Origin: Alphaproteobacteria bacterium
GTDB lineage: Bacteria > Pseudomonadota > Alphaproteobacteria > UBA6615
DNA: 64,000 nucleotides
Direction of reading: 5' to 3'
Assembly (NCBI GenBank): GCA_002722515.1
Contig: PBMH01000041.1
Span: forward strand, 94 to 64,093
The position numbers were made by a program, and so were the translations under genes. The notes beneath the pieces were generated by a model. The model was given only the letters and a program-made list of their open reading frames with translations, was not told where the DNA came from and searched no databases. Shown in pieces: positions 9,136 to 19,692 of this stretch (the stretch's first letter is position 1; each line of letters opens with the position of its first letter).

Positions 9136-10479
9136 ATGACTGTGCGTCAGTTCGTATCAATCCCCAGGGTCTGGTTCCTGTCGGTTGCCCTGGTGGCCCT
9201 AGCTTCTTGCGATACGTTCGAGTTTCTCGGTGGCAGCGGTGACGTGCCATTGCCGGGCGAAAGGATATCGATACTCCAAGGACAGAACAGGATCGCACCC
9301 TCGGCCCAAGTTCAGAATCTATCGATACAATTGCCTCGTCCGCAGGTGAATGAGGATTGGCCGCAGCAGGGTGGTTTCGCCAATCACGCTATGCATCACC
9401 TTTCGCTAGCGGACGCACCGCAAGAGGTCTGGTCGAAGAACCTCGGTTCGGGCGGTGATGATGATGAGCCTATTCTGTCTGGGCCGGTTGTCGCTAATGG
9501 TTTCGTTTTCACCATGGATTCAGAGGCCGTGGTGTCTGCGAGGCGTGCATCGGACGGCGTAACTGTCTGGACCGCAGATATTGCACCCAAAGACGAGGAT
9601 GACGGCAATTGGGGAGGCGGCCTCGCCTATAGCTCCGGCCGCATCTATGCCGGTACAGGTTTTGCACAGGTCGTTGCCCTTGACTCCGCGACCGGGTCCG
9701 AGCTCTGGCGTACTTCCGTTTCCGGGCCGATGCGTTCGGCACCGACGGCTTTCGACAGGAAGGTCTATGCCATTACTAAGGACAATCAGCTGTTCGCTAT
9801 AGATGCCGAACGCGGGGTCGTGGACTGGACCCATACGGGTATTGAGGAAGGCGCAGGCCTGATCGGTTCGGCGAGCGCCGCGGTGGATGGAGATGTCGTC
9901 ATCGTTCCCTATTCCTCGGGTGAGATTTTCGCTCTGCGGGCTGAGAATGGCCGTCAGTTATGGAGTGACAATCTCGCCGCCATTCGTCGAGTTGACGCCG
10001 TTTCTGCATTAGCCGATATCCGCGGGCGTCCGGTCGCCGATCGGGGAAGAGTTTATGCTATTAGCCACTCCGGCCGCATGGTTGCCATAGACCAAGTGAG
10101 TGGTCGCAGGGTGTGGGAAACTGAGGTCGGCGGTGTCAATCAGCCGTGGATCGCAGGCAACTTCCTGTTTGTGGTCAGCACAGAGGGTGATGTGGTTGCG
10201 CTGGTGGCCGAAAATGGTCTGGTGCGTTGGGTGACGTCGCTGGGGCGTTATGAGGATCCTGAGGATCGGGAAGGGTTGATCAACTGGTCTGGTCCGGTAC
10301 TAGCCAGCGATCGCCTGATCGTCGCGGGTAGCCACGGTGTTGCGGTGGCGTTGTCACCCTATACGGGGGATATTCTCGGAGAAATCAATATGCCCGGTGA
10401 CGTTTCTGTGCCGCCGATCCTCGCTAATGAAACCTTGTATTTCCAGACCGACGGCGCGCGCTTGATAGCGTATCGCTAG
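9136..10479 (+). CDS. bamB: PQQ-like beta-propeller lipoprotein (BamB-like)
   Basis: Lipobox LASC, PLPGERISIL, and repeated G..vW propeller motifs. Lies between yfgM and der. Confidence 0.8.
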   Translation: MTVRQFVSIPRVWFLSVALVALASCDTFEFLGGSGDVPLPGERISILQGQNRIAPSAQVQNLSIQLPRPQVNEDWPQQGGFANHAMHHLSLADAPQEVWSKNLGSGGDDDEPILSGPVVANGFVFTMDSEAVVSARRASDGVTVWTADIAPKDEDDGNWGGGLAYSSGRIYAGTGFAQVVALDSATGSELWRTSVSGPMRSAPTAFDRKVYAITKDNQLFAIDAERGVVDWTHTGIEEGAGLIGSASAAVDGDVVIVPYSSGEIFALRAENGRQLWSDNLAAIRRVDAVSALADIRGRPVADRGRVYAISHSGRMVAIDQVSGRRVWETEVGGVNQPWIAGNFLFVVSTEGDVVALVAENGLVRWVTSLGRYEDPEDREGLINWSGPVLASDRLIVAGSHGVAVALSPYTGDILGEINMPGDVSVPPILANETLYFQTDGARLIAYR

Positions 10480-10496
10480 GTCTTGGGAGTTTTTCC

Positions 10497-11861
10497 ATGA
10501 AGCCGACCGTAGTGATCGTCGGGCGTCCGAATGTTGGAAAGTCGACCCTTTTCAACCGCTTGGTCGGCCGCCGTGAGGCGCTAGTCGACGACAGTCCCGG
10601 CGTGACGCGTGATCGCCGAGAGGGTGACGGTGTCCTCGGCGATCTCGAGTTCCGTATCGTCGATACGGCGGGGCTCGAAGAAACGTTCGATGACAGCTTG
10701 CCTGCCCGGATGCGCCGCCAAACCGAACAAGCGCTCGATGAGGCGGAGGTTGTCTTTATGGTGTTTGATGGGCGTGCCGGGATTACGCCGTTGGATGAAC
10801 AGTTCGCCAACTGGCTGCGCAGCCGCGGTACGAATGTGTTCCTGGTTGCCAACAAATGCGAAGGGCGCGCGGGTGAAAGCGGGGTACTTGAATCGTATGC
10901 ACTCGGTCTCGGCGAGCCGATCGCGATTTCCGCGGAACATGGGGAGGGTATACACCTGCTTTTCGAGCCGATCGCCGCCGTTGCCCCGTCCCGGGACGAT
11001 GCATGGGAGAGTAATCAGAGCAGAGGAGGCTCCGAGGAGGACGACCGTGTCCTGCGCCTCGCTATTGTCGGTCGCCCAAATGTGGGAAAATCGACGCTGA
11101 TTAACGCGCTATTAGAACAGGACCGGCTCCTTACCGGGCCGGAAGCTGGTATCACGCGTGATGCGATAACGGTAGAATGGATGTTCGAGGATCGACGCAT
11201 TGCGCTTGTCGATACTGCTGGCATGCGCCGTAAGGCGCGGATCGATCAAAAGCTCGAAAAGATGTCGGTTGGAAACTCATTGCATGCGATCCAGTATGCT
11301 CATGTCGTTGCATTGGTGCTCGACAGTAAACAGATGCTGGAACGCCAGGATTTATCAATCGCCCGGCACGTGATCGACGAAGGTCGTGCCTTCGTGATTG
11401 TCGTCAACAAATGGGATCTGATTACCGATCACAAGACGGCACTCAAGATATTGTGTGACCGCATTCAGGTGTCTCTGCCACAGGCTAACGGAACACCCAT
11501 CGTCACCCTATCAGCTGAGACTGGTCGTGGGCTGGACACTCTGATGCCCGCCGCCCTTGAGGGCTATGCCGACTGGAACCGTCGCGTGCCGACCGCCGAA
11601 CTCAATGAGTGGCTGAAGGATGCCATCGAGCGCCACCCACCGCCACTTGCCACGAACAAGCGTCCGATCCGTCTGAGGTATGCGACCCAGTCCAAGGCCC
11701 GGCCACCGACTGTGGTGTTATTTGGCAACCGCCCCGAGGATCTCCCGACCAGCTACCTGCGTTACTTAGAGAACAGCTTCCGGGACCGTTTCCGATTGTC
11801 TGGTACTCCCATTCGGATGCTAACCCGCAAGGGCGACAACCCGTATCACGACAAAAAATAG
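10497..11861 (+). CDS. der: Ribosome biogenesis GTPase Der
   Basis: Two GRPNVGKST P-loops, two DTAG motifs, NKCE/NKWD. Confidence 0.97.
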   Translation: MKPTVVIVGRPNVGKSTLFNRLVGRREALVDDSPGVTRDRREGDGVLGDLEFRIVDTAGLEETFDDSLPARMRRQTEQALDEAEVVFMVFDGRAGITPLDEQFANWLRSRGTNVFLVANKCEGRAGESGVLESYALGLGEPIAISAEHGEGIHLLFEPIAAVAPSRDDAWESNQSRGGSEEDDRVLRLAIVGRPNVGKSTLINALLEQDRLLTGPEAGITRDAITVEWMFEDRRIALVDTAGMRRKARIDQKLEKMSVGNSLHAIQYAHVVALVLDSKQMLERQDLSIARHVIDEGRAFVIVVNKWDLITDHKTALKILCDRIQVSLPQANGTPIVTLSAETGRGLDTLMPAALEGYADWNRRVPTAELNEWLKDAIERHPPPLATNKRPIRLRYATQSKARPPTVVLFGNRPEDLPTSYLRYLENSFRDRFRLSGTPIRMLTRKGDNPYHDKK

Positions 11862-11880
11862 GGATCGGCAGCCTAGCCGT

Positions 11881-12594
11881 TCAGGCGAGGTCGATCACTT
11901 CACCGTGACGTGTGCAGTTCGCTGATGCAAGCCCAACAAAAGTGCCGGTGATGTCGTCCGGAGCTTTGAGGGTTTCCGGATCCTCACCTGGGAATGCTGC
12001 GGCCCGCATTCCCGTACGTGTTGGTCCTGGGTTTACAAGATTGACCCGCACGTTGGTCTCGGCCAGTTCGGCCGACCAGACATGCACGATGGTCTCGAGA
12101 GCAGCCTTCGTCACTGCATACGCTCCCCAGAAGGCACGCGGGTTTGTGGCGGCACCGCTGGTCACCATAATAGCGCGACCCGTGTCAGACCGGCGCAGAA
12201 CTGGATCTAGAGTTCGAATCAGTCGCCAGTTCGCATGCACGTTGACGTCGAAGACATGATGCCAAGCCGTGGCGTCATAGTGGGTTAGCGGGGTTATGTC
12301 TCCAAGAGCACCAGCATTTCCCACCAGTATGTCTAGTTTGTCGAAACGTTCTAGAAGTGCTGGTCCAAGGGTGTCAATCCGCTCGAACTCCGTTAGGTCG
12401 CAGGGCACCAGAGTAGACTGTCCACCTGCTGCCTTGATTGCGTCGTCGACCTCTTCGAGCCCGCCGACCGTGCGGGCTAACAGGACTACATGAGCGCCCT
12501 CTGTGGCGAACCTCTTGGCCACGGCTGCACCGATACCGCGCGAGGCACCAGTGATTAACGCGACACGTCCGGCGAGCGTACCTTTGTTCGACAT
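11881..12594 (-). CDS. Short-chain dehydrogenase/reductase (YciK-like)
   Basis: TGASRGIG, GNAG, YxxxK (YAVTK) and NPGPTRTGMRA.AFPGEDP motifs. Usual neighbour of purF. Confidence 0.9.
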   Translation of the reverse strand: MSNKGTLAGRVALITGASRGIGAAVAKRFATEGAHVVLLARTVGGLEEVDDAIKAAGGQSTLVPCDLTEFERIDTLGPALLERFDKLDILVGNAGALGDITPLTHYDATAWHHVFDVNVHANWRLIRTLDPVLRRSDTGRAIMVTSGAATNPRAFWGAYAVTKAALETIVHVWSAELAETNVRVNLVNPGPTRTGMRAAAFPGEDPETLKAPDDITGTFVGLASANCTRHGEVIDLA

Positions 12595-12601
12595 CGCTTG
12601 G

Positions 12602-13156
12602 TTAGGCCAGTTCAGCTAGGAGCGACATTTGCGAAGTGTTGTTGGTGAGCGTGATTGGGTATTCACCGCTGAAGCAGGCATCGCAATATTGCGGCATGTC
12701 CGCGTCGCGGGTCTGTCCGCCCATGGCGCGGTAAAGGCCGTCCATGGAGGCATCGGCCAGGCTGTCAGCACCAATCAGTTTTTGGATTCCATCGACGTCA
12801 TTTTTGGCAGCGGGAAGCTCCGAGGCTAGCGGGGTGTCTATACCGTAGAAGCAAGGGCTTTTGGTCGGTGGGCTGGCGATGCGAACATGCACCTCTGCAG
12901 CGCCGGCATTGCGGACCATTTCTATGATCTTCTGCGAGGTGGTACCGCGCACGACGCTATCGTTAACTAGAATCACCCGCTTGCCGTCATAAAAAACGAT
13001 ATCGGCAGCTTCTTGGCGGCGATGTTGCAGCGCGTGCAGACCGAGTGCCGTGAAAGCGGCCGCGTCTTCAGTGCCTAACACGCCGAAGACACCGCATTCC
13101 TCATGAAACTTGTCTGGGTTATCCTTAAACGGGTTCGTGGTGTGTGTATGAGTCAC
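12602..13156 (-). pseudogene. purF: Amidophosphoribosyltransferase with large in-frame internal deletion (184 aa)
   Basis: The N-terminus (EECGVFG..LHALQHR.QE) is fused directly to the C-terminal PRT part (GKRV.LV.DS.VRGTTS, PCFYGIDTP, CDACF.GEYP). About 300 aa are missing. Conserved residues are altered (QHRGQE>QHRRQE, VDDS>VNDS). Confidence 0.85.
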
Positions 13157-13818
13157 TGGTTCTGCCGTATCAAATCTTCGAGGCTGTCACGCTCGCGCTC
13201 GTTATACCCTTCCTGGGTGCGTGGCGCAGACTTTTCGGGCGGGCGCGATAGTCGCTCTAGGGCTTTACTTGCGGCATCAAGATTGATGGCCCGGTCCTTT
13301 GCGCTCTTAAGTGTGGCGCCCGTCTCGCCGATGACGTCAGCCGGCAGGATTTCCTTCACCAGAAGCGCGCCCCGTTCCACTGCTGGGCGCGTCCGTGCCG
13401 CCTCCACCCAGGGCGGCGGGTCATCCAGAAAGATGTCGCTCAGGAACAAGAACGCGACGGAGATAACGGCACTTGCGGTTGCCAGCCCCGCGAGTAGGCC
13501 GAGCGAGCGGTCGAGAGCATTGAGGCGGCCGGCCCGCACCCAGCCACTGAGTATATGGCTGAACAGGTGAAGCACGATCAGTGAGACGATGAAAAGAGCA
13601 GCACCTGCTGCGAGTTCGGCGAGCCATTCCGGCTGAATATAATTACTGGAAATTGGCGACACATAGACTAGCGCGTAGATCGTTGTCAGGCCGGCGCCGA
13701 CCCACGAGGCGACAAAAAGTCCGCCTCGCACGAAGCCCGTAACGAGTCCGAAGAGCCCACCTAGAGAGATGATCGTCAGGACCACGATATCGAAAAAGCT
13801 GAAGCCGCCGAACTCCAT
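13153..13818 (-). CDS. cvpA: CvpA family membrane protein
   Basis: FDIVV.., GFVR, LDRSLGLL.G and TM helices. Canonical radA-cvpA-purF order. Confidence 0.88.
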   Translation of the reverse strand: MEFGGFSFFDIVVLTIISLGGLFGLVTGFVRGGLFVASWVGAGLTTIYALVYVSPISSNYIQPEWLAELAAGAALFIVSLIVLHLFSHILSGWVRAGRLNALDRSLGLLAGLATASAVISVAFLFLSDIFLDDPPPWVEAARTRPAVERGALLVKEILPADVIGETGATLKSAKDRAINLDAASKALERLSRPPEKSAPRTQEGYNERERDSLEDLIRQNQ

Positions 13819-13821
13819 GGG

Positions 13822-15228
13822 TCAGGCGCTCACCATATCGCCACGCTGCGGCGTCGTTTCGAACCCGTCGAACACCTCGCGCAGCTTTTGGACCTCGGTG
13901 ATTTTAAGGCTAGTTATGGCCCTTTTGCGGCTCTGTTGGCGCCCGGTGCTCAATGGCGGCGTGAGGGCGCATTTGAAGCCTAACTTCTCTGCTTCGCGAA
14001 GGCGGGCATCGGCCTGCCCTACGCTACGGATCTCGCCGCCAAGGCCAATTTCGCCGAAAACTACTGTGCGCGGCGGCAGGGGTCGTTCCAAATGGGCGGA
14101 CACTAGGGCCGCAGCTACGGCGAGATCTGCGGCTGGTTCGCCGACGCGCAGGCCGCCAGCCACGTTTAGATAGACGTCGTGGGAACCCAGGGTCATGCTG
14201 CAGCGAGTCTGGAGAACCGCTATTATCATCGCTAGCCGGCTTGAATCCCACCCCACAACTGCGCGCCGCGGGGATCCGGCTGGTGCCGGGGCCACCAACG
14301 CCTGGATTTCTACCAGTAGCGGACGAGTTCCCTCGATGCCGGCGAACACTGCCGAGCCACTCGTCGTGTCGTTGTGGCCGGAGATAAACAGTCCCGAGGG
14401 ATTTTCAACCTCGGTCAGCCCGGCATCAGTCATTTCAAAGACGCCTATCTCGTCGGTGGCACCGAAGCGATTCTTGACTGCGCGAAGCAGGCGGAATTGG
14501 TTCGCCCGTTCACCCTCAAAATATAGAACTGTATCGACCATGTGCTCGAGTACGCGGGGGCCGGCTATTGCTCCTTCCTTGGTGACATGACCGACCAAGA
14601 TTATCGTTACGCCGCGGCGCTTCGCTACCCGAATAAGTTCTTGGGCACAGGTTCGTACCTGGGCGACGGTACCCGGTGCTGAATCGAGATTGTCAGCATA
14701 CATCGTCTGGATGGAATCGATGATGGCGACCTCGGCGCCACCGACCTTGTCGAGGGTAGCGAGAATGTCGCGAATATTTGTTGCTGAGGCTAGGTTGACC
14801 GGCGTGTTAGCAAGTTTTAGCCGGGAGGCGCGTAGGCGAATCTGGTCGACGGCCTCCTCGCCGGAAATATAAGCTACGGAAACTCCAGCGCAGGCTAGCA
14901 TTGCGGCGGCTTGCAGCAGGAGCGTTGACTTGCCAATACCTGGATCACCACCAACGAGAAGCGCCGAGCCGGTGACTAGGCCGCCGCCACATACACGGTC
15001 GAACTCGGCCAAGCCCGTCATGCGCCGGGGCCGTTCTTCTGGTGCACCGTCTAGGGAGGTAAACGCGACGGGCTTGCCCCCCGCTTTGCTAACGCCCTTG
15101 GGGACGATTATATCGTCCGACTCCTCTGCGATCGTGTTCCACTCGCCGCAGCTGTCGCATTTACCGCTCCACTTGCGGTGCACGGTGGCACAGGTCTTGC
15201 AGACGAACTGATTTGTAACGCGCGCCAT
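13822..15228 (-). CDS. radA: DNA repair protein RadA/Sms
   Basis: C4 zinc finger, GDPGIGKST, IDSIQT, KNRFG and Lon-like C-terminus. Start chosen at MARVTNQF. Confidence 0.96.
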   Translation of the reverse strand: MARVTNQFVCKTCATVHRKWSGKCDSCGEWNTIAEESDDIIVPKGVSKAGGKPVAFTSLDGAPEERPRRMTGLAEFDRVCGGGLVTGSALLVGGDPGIGKSTLLLQAAAMLACAGVSVAYISGEEAVDQIRLRASRLKLANTPVNLASATNIRDILATLDKVGGAEVAIIDSIQTMYADNLDSAPGTVAQVRTCAQELIRVAKRRGVTIILVGHVTKEGAIAGPRVLEHMVDTVLYFEGERANQFRLLRAVKNRFGATDEIGVFEMTDAGLTEVENPSGLFISGHNDTTSGSAVFAGIEGTRPLLVEIQALVAPAPAGSPRRAVVGWDSSRLAMIIAVLQTRCSMTLGSHDVYLNVAGGLRVGEPAADLAVAAALVSAHLERPLPPRTVVFGEIGLGGEIRSVGQADARLREAEKLGFKCALTPPLSTGRQQSRKRAITSLKITEVQKLREVFDGFETTPQRGDMVSA

Positions 15229-15230
15229 CG

Positions 15231-16013
15231 CTAGGTTGCGCCCTGCAACTGGATTGGCCCGATGGAACGTCCATTGATGAATTGGTCGACCATGTCGTTT
15301 CCGGAGTGATCGATATCGCCAACCGGACCGTGCCATACGATCCGACCTTGGTGGATCAAGGCAACATTGTCGGCGATTCGGCGTGCACTTGCCATGTCGT
15401 GTGTAATGGTCAGCGCCGTGGCTCCAAGTTCATGTACGGATTTCAAGATTAAGTTGTCGATGACGCTACCCATTATCGGGTCGAGGCCCGTTGTCGGCTC
15501 ATCGAAGAACAAGATTTCGGGCCGGGTCGCGATGGCCCGGGCGAGGCCCACACGTTTCTGCATACCGCCTGATAATTCAGCCGGTGCACGGTCGGCAATA
15601 TCGTCATCGAGACCGACGATGTTCATCGCGTCTAACGCTGCATCGCGGGCATCGCTGCGTACCATATTTCGGGCCTGTGTTAAGCCGAAGGCGACATTTT
15701 CCCAGACTGGCAGACTATCGAAAAGAGCAGCGCCTTGGAACAGCATACCGAACTTTCGCGTAATCCGTTCGCGTCTGTCTGGTGACATACCGACCGTTTC
15801 GTCCCCATCCACGCGGATGGATCCTGAATTCGGTTCTAGTAAGCCGATGATGCTCTTTATAAGAACGGATTTACCTGTTCCCGAGCCTCCAATTACGGCA
15901 AGCGATTTTCCGGCGGGTAGATCGAGATCGATTCCGCGCAGTACACGGTTCTCGCCGAAGGCCTTATGCAGCTCCCGGATCACAATTTTCGGGGTATCGC
16001 CGAGGCTGCTCAT
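15231..16013 (-). CDS. mlaF: MlaF-like ABC transporter ATP-binding protein
   Basis: GGSGTGKS, LFQGAALFDSL, LSGGMQKRVGLARA and FDEPTTGLDP motifs. Confidence 0.9.
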   Translation of the reverse strand: MSSLGDTPKIVIRELHKAFGENRVLRGIDLDLPAGKSLAVIGGSGTGKSVLIKSIIGLLEPNSGSIRVDGDETVGMSPDRRERITRKFGMLFQGAALFDSLPVWENVAFGLTQARNMVRSDARDAALDAMNIVGLDDDIADRAPAELSGGMQKRVGLARAIATRPEILFFDEPTTGLDPIMGSVIDNLILKSVHELGATALTITHDMASARRIADNVALIHQGRIVWHGPVGDIDHSGNDMVDQFINGRSIGPIQLQGAT

Positions 16014-16780
16014 GTGGCGAAGAACATGGCGGTGATAATGAAATTGAACAGCAGCAGCAGGATTGAAGCTGACACGACAGCATTGGTTGTCGCTTGGCCA
16101 ACGCCTTGGGCCCCACCCTTGGAATGGTATCCGTGATAGGTACCCATTAGTGCGACGACGAATCCGAACACGGCCGCTTTCACGAGCCCTGAGATAAAGC
16201 CGGGGGCGTCAATACTGTCCCAGGTGCTCTTCAGGTACGTCGTCGGGTTAAATCCGAAGTCGTAGATTGATACTAGGAAACCCCCTAGCACGCCGATCAC
16301 GTCGGCGATTAGCACCAGGAGCGGCAACGTGGCGATAGCGGCGATTAGGCGCGGCGCGATGAGATACTTGTACGGGTTGGTTGACAGCGTGGTCAGGGCA
16401 TCGATCTGCTCGGTAACCCGCATGGTACCGATCTCTGCGGCCATCGCTGCGCCTATGCGACCGGCTACCATAAGGCCGGCCAGAACGGGTCCGAGTTCGC
16501 GGGTAATGCCCCAGACTACGACGTTGGCAATCGTGGCTTCGCCTGCAAATCCGAAGCCGCTGAAGCTCTGTAGGGCCAGCACCGCGCCGGTGAAGATCGC
16601 TGTGAGACCGACGACGGGTAACGAGTAGTAGCCAATCTCTATAATCTGGTGAAGAATCAGGCGTGGGTAGAAGGGCGGACGAACACAGTGGGACAGGCTG
16701 ATTGCTGCGAAGGCGGTAATGTATCCTATCGTTGCGAAGATGCTTATCGTACCGCGCCCGATGGATGCCAGGAAGCCCAT
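16010..16780 (-). CDS. mlaE: MlaE-like ABC transporter permease
   Basis: RELGPVL.GLMVAGR.GAA.AAEIGTMRVTEQIDAL and GGAQGVG.ATT.AVV motifs. Confidence 0.92.
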   Translation of the reverse strand: MGFLASIGRGTISIFATIGYITAFAAISLSHCVRPPFYPRLILHQIIEIGYYSLPVVGLTAIFTGAVLALQSFSGFGFAGEATIANVVVWGITRELGPVLAGLMVAGRIGAAMAAEIGTMRVTEQIDALTTLSTNPYKYLIAPRLIAAIATLPLLVLIADVIGVLGGFLVSIYDFGFNPTTYLKSTWDSIDAPGFISGLVKAAVFGFVVALMGTYHGYHSKGGAQGVGQATTNAVVSASILLLLFNFIITAMFFAT

Positions 16781-16782
16781 AC

Positions 16783-17934
16783 TCAGACAGCCCCGCCGCG
16801 ATATTCGACCCGCAGGCGCGGCCCTAGACGGCTCAAGACCTCATACGCGATGGTCCCCGAAGCCTCGGCGAGTGAGTCGGCGTTGACATTAGGGCCCAGA
16901 AGCTCGACCGTTTGGCCGGGCTGGCAATACTCTGTCGGGATGTCGGTCACGTCGATGGTGATTAGGTCCATGGATACCCGGCCGACCAAGGGCGCCGCCT
17001 TTCCATTGATATAGGCGCACATGCTGCTACTCTCCATGTAGCCGGTGGTCTCTCCTGCGGCTCGTGGATAGCCGTCGGCGTAACCTGCGGCGAGTGTTGC
17101 GATCCGGCGCGGACCACCGACCCGATGAATGGCACCGTATCCAACGGTCATTGGGGTGTCAACGTCACGGACTTGTAGTATTTTCGTATAAATATCAATG
17201 ACTTGAACCATCGGATTCGGGCCCTGAGCTGATGGCCGAACCCCGTATAATGCGGCGCCGGGCCGCACCATATCGTAGTGAAAACTTGGTCCAAGAAATA
17301 TGCCTGGGGAATTCGCCAAGCTTGCACTCACCGCGCCCGTCAGCGGTGCCATGCGCGCCCGCAGAGTATCAAACGTGGCGCGCTGCAGCTCGTTCATCGG
17401 ATGATTGGGAGTATCTGCACAGGCGAGATGGCTGAGTATTGCCATTACGTCAATGCCGTCCATGCGCGCAGGATCTGCGCAGAGGGCGTCCACATCGTGG
17501 GCGTTAAGACCGAGTCTGTTCATGCCAGTGTCCAAATGCAACCAAGCGCGGGCAGGCTCATTGCCTCCGTTTTTGCTTAGAATATCAATCTGGGCGAGAC
17601 TGTTGAGTGTGGGGGTCAGGCGTGCGTTGCGCATCGTGTCCAGACTCCTGACTTCGGGCCCATTGAGTACGATGATCTTGGCCTGTCCGTTGGTCTTCCG
17701 TAGTTGGATACCCTCGCAAATGGTAGCTACGAAGAACGTATCGCATCCTGCAGCGGCCAGCGTCCTGGTTACCGCGCCGGCGCCGAGTCCATAGGCATTT
17801 GCCTTGACTGCGGCGCCCACGCATGTGTCGGTACAAACGCTTTTAATACGGCGAAAATTCTCTGCGATAGCATCTAGGTCGACGATCAGAAGCGCGCCGG
17901 CATCGGCTGGGATGACGATATCGCGCGCCGCCAA
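16783..17934 (-). CDS. alr: Alanine racemase
   Basis: AVKANAYGLG (PLP lysine), DTGMNRLG, SHLACAD, GYADG, GRVSMD and TIAYE motifs. Likely TTG start just after the dnaB stop. Confidence 0.93.
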   Translation of the reverse strand: MAARDIVIPADAGALLIVDLDAIAENFRRIKSVCTDTCVGAAVKANAYGLGAGAVTRTLAAAGCDTFFVATICEGIQLRKTNGQAKIIVLNGPEVRSLDTMRNARLTPTLNSLAQIDILSKNGGNEPARAWLHLDTGMNRLGLNAHDVDALCADPARMDGIDVMAILSHLACADTPNHPMNELQRATFDTLRARMAPLTGAVSASLANSPGIFLGPSFHYDMVRPGAALYGVRPSAQGPNPMVQVIDIYTKILQVRDVDTPMTVGYGAIHRVGGPRRIATLAAGYADGYPRAAGETTGYMESSSMCAYINGKAAPLVGRVSMDLITIDVTDIPTEYCQPGQTVELLGPNVNADSLAEASGTIAYEVLSRLGPRLRVEYRGGAV

Positions 17935-17938
17935 GGCT

Positions 17939-19489
17939 CTAGTACCGGTCCTCGGGTAGATAGTCGTCGGGCGACAGGTTGGCGAACTGGGTGTAGTTAC
18001 CGTTGAACTGGAGAACCACTGTTCCGATCGGCCCATGCCGTTGTTTGGCGACAATTCCCTCTGCTTTGCCCCGGCATTTTTCCATGAGTTCCATGTAGCG
18101 CTGCTCGCGCTCGAGGTAGGTTTCCTGTTTTTCGCTATCGCGCGGGGTTGGCTTCTCGCGCTCACGATAATATTCCTCGCGAAAAATGAATGTTACGACA
18201 TCGGCATCCTGCTCGATCGAGCCTGATTCACGTAGATCCGATAGCTGCGGGCGCTTGTCCTCCCGTTGTTCGACCGCGCGTGAGAGCTGACTGAGTGCAA
18301 TCACGGGCACGTTAAGCTCTTTCGCGAGCGCCTTCAGTCCGCGTGTGATTTGTGAGACCTCCTGGACGCGGTTATCGCCACGGCTGTTAGTCGGCGGATT
18401 TATGAGTTGCAGATAGTCTACGATAATCAAGCTCAGGCCATGCTGACGCTTGAGACGTCGCGAACGGGTGCGAATCTGTGCCATTGTCAGTGCCGGTGTG
18501 TCGTCGATAAATATTTTTAGGCCATGTAGGGCCTGAGACACTGCAAAAACCCGATTATACTCTTCCTCACGCACGTCGCCGCGGCGGATCGAGTCCGATC
18601 GTACGTGAGCTTGCTCGGAAATGATGCGGGTGGCGAGTTGTTCCGCCGACATCTCGAGGGAGAAGAAGGCGACACTCTCAGTTTCCTCGATGTCGGTGTC
18701 GTCAGGCCCGTCCTGCACCTGCTTGGACGAGGCTGCGTGATAGGCAATGTTGGTCGCCAGCGCCGTCTTACCCATGGAGGGGCGGGCTGCCACGATCACG
18801 AGGTCGGATTCGTGCAGGCCGCCGAGGAGTTTGTCTAGGTCGGTGAAACCGGTCGGCACGCCGACCAACTGCCCATCGCGCTTGTAGGCGGCGGCGGCCA
18901 TATTAATAGCGCCTGTCACCGCGCTCTTGAAATCGCGAAAGCCGGTTTCGGTCGAGCCTTCCTCGGCGAGCTGGAACAGCAGCTCCTCGGCGTGCTCGAT
19001 CTGCTCCGGCGCCGGGGTTTCCAGTTCATACTCGTAGGCGCTATTGACGACTTGGCTGCCAATGTCAATCAGCTCGCGTCGCAGAAAGCAGTCATAGACC
19101 TCGCGCCCCAGGTCGAATGCGTTCTGGACGGTGGTGACGGCGTTAGCGAGCTCGGCTATGTAGGCTTGGCCACCGATCGCATTTAAGTCGGCATCGTCCT
19201 TGAAGTAATTTTTCAGCGTGACGGGGTCAGCGATTTGTCCATGCTCTATCAGATGGGCGCAGGCGGCGTAGACGCTGGCATGAGCCGGGTCTGCGAAATG
19301 CTCGGCCAAGAGGAACTCCTGCACCCGCTCGAATGAACGATTATTTACGAGAATTGCTCCCAAAAGTCCCATCTCCGCCTCGAAATTATGGGGCGGAGAC
19401 CGGAATCCAATGCTACCTTCCTCGCCGTGGAGGGGCGTGATATTGACGGCTTCGTCGGTCATTGGGTCAGTCATGTCGCTCGTAGTCAT
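17939..19489 (-). CDS. dnaB: Replicative DNA helicase DnaB
   Basis: PHNFEAE, ARPSMGKT, FSLEMS, VDYLQL, SQLSR and DLRESGSIEQDAD motifs. Confidence 0.97.
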   Translation of the reverse strand: MTTSDMTDPMTDEAVNITPLHGEEGSIGFRSPPHNFEAEMGLLGAILVNNRSFERVQEFLLAEHFADPAHASVYAACAHLIEHGQIADPVTLKNYFKDDADLNAIGGQAYIAELANAVTTVQNAFDLGREVYDCFLRRELIDIGSQVVNSAYEYELETPAPEQIEHAEELLFQLAEEGSTETGFRDFKSAVTGAINMAAAAYKRDGQLVGVPTGFTDLDKLLGGLHESDLVIVAARPSMGKTALATNIAYHAASSKQVQDGPDDTDIEETESVAFFSLEMSAEQLATRIISEQAHVRSDSIRRGDVREEEYNRVFAVSQALHGLKIFIDDTPALTMAQIRTRSRRLKRQHGLSLIIVDYLQLINPPTNSRGDNRVQEVSQITRGLKALAKELNVPVIALSQLSRAVEQREDKRPQLSDLRESGSIEQDADVVTFIFREEYYREREKPTPRDSEKQETYLEREQRYMELMEKCRGKAEGIVAKQRHGPIGTVVLQFNGNYTQFANLSPDDYLPEDRY

Positions 19490-19692
19490 AGTCCTGCACC
19501 CTAATGATGCTTGCGTCCTTGCGGTGCATTCATCTGCGGTGAGTTCAGTGAAACATGAGGATAAGCTGATTCGTGGTGACTGTATTTTCGCTTGCAGTGA
19601 ACCGTGATCTGGTCATAGCGAACGTTTTCGCGGTTAGTCCGTGGACCATTTAGGCCTATATTTTTGTTCGGTAATTCATCAAGGAGATATCA

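Noticed and set aside
15229-18165. Long N-terminal extensions of radA and alr in the ORF track (likewise yaiI, rpsF, rnd, yicC)
   Set aside because: Artefacts of choosing the farthest start. They overlap upstream genes or promoters, and conserved N-termini begin later.
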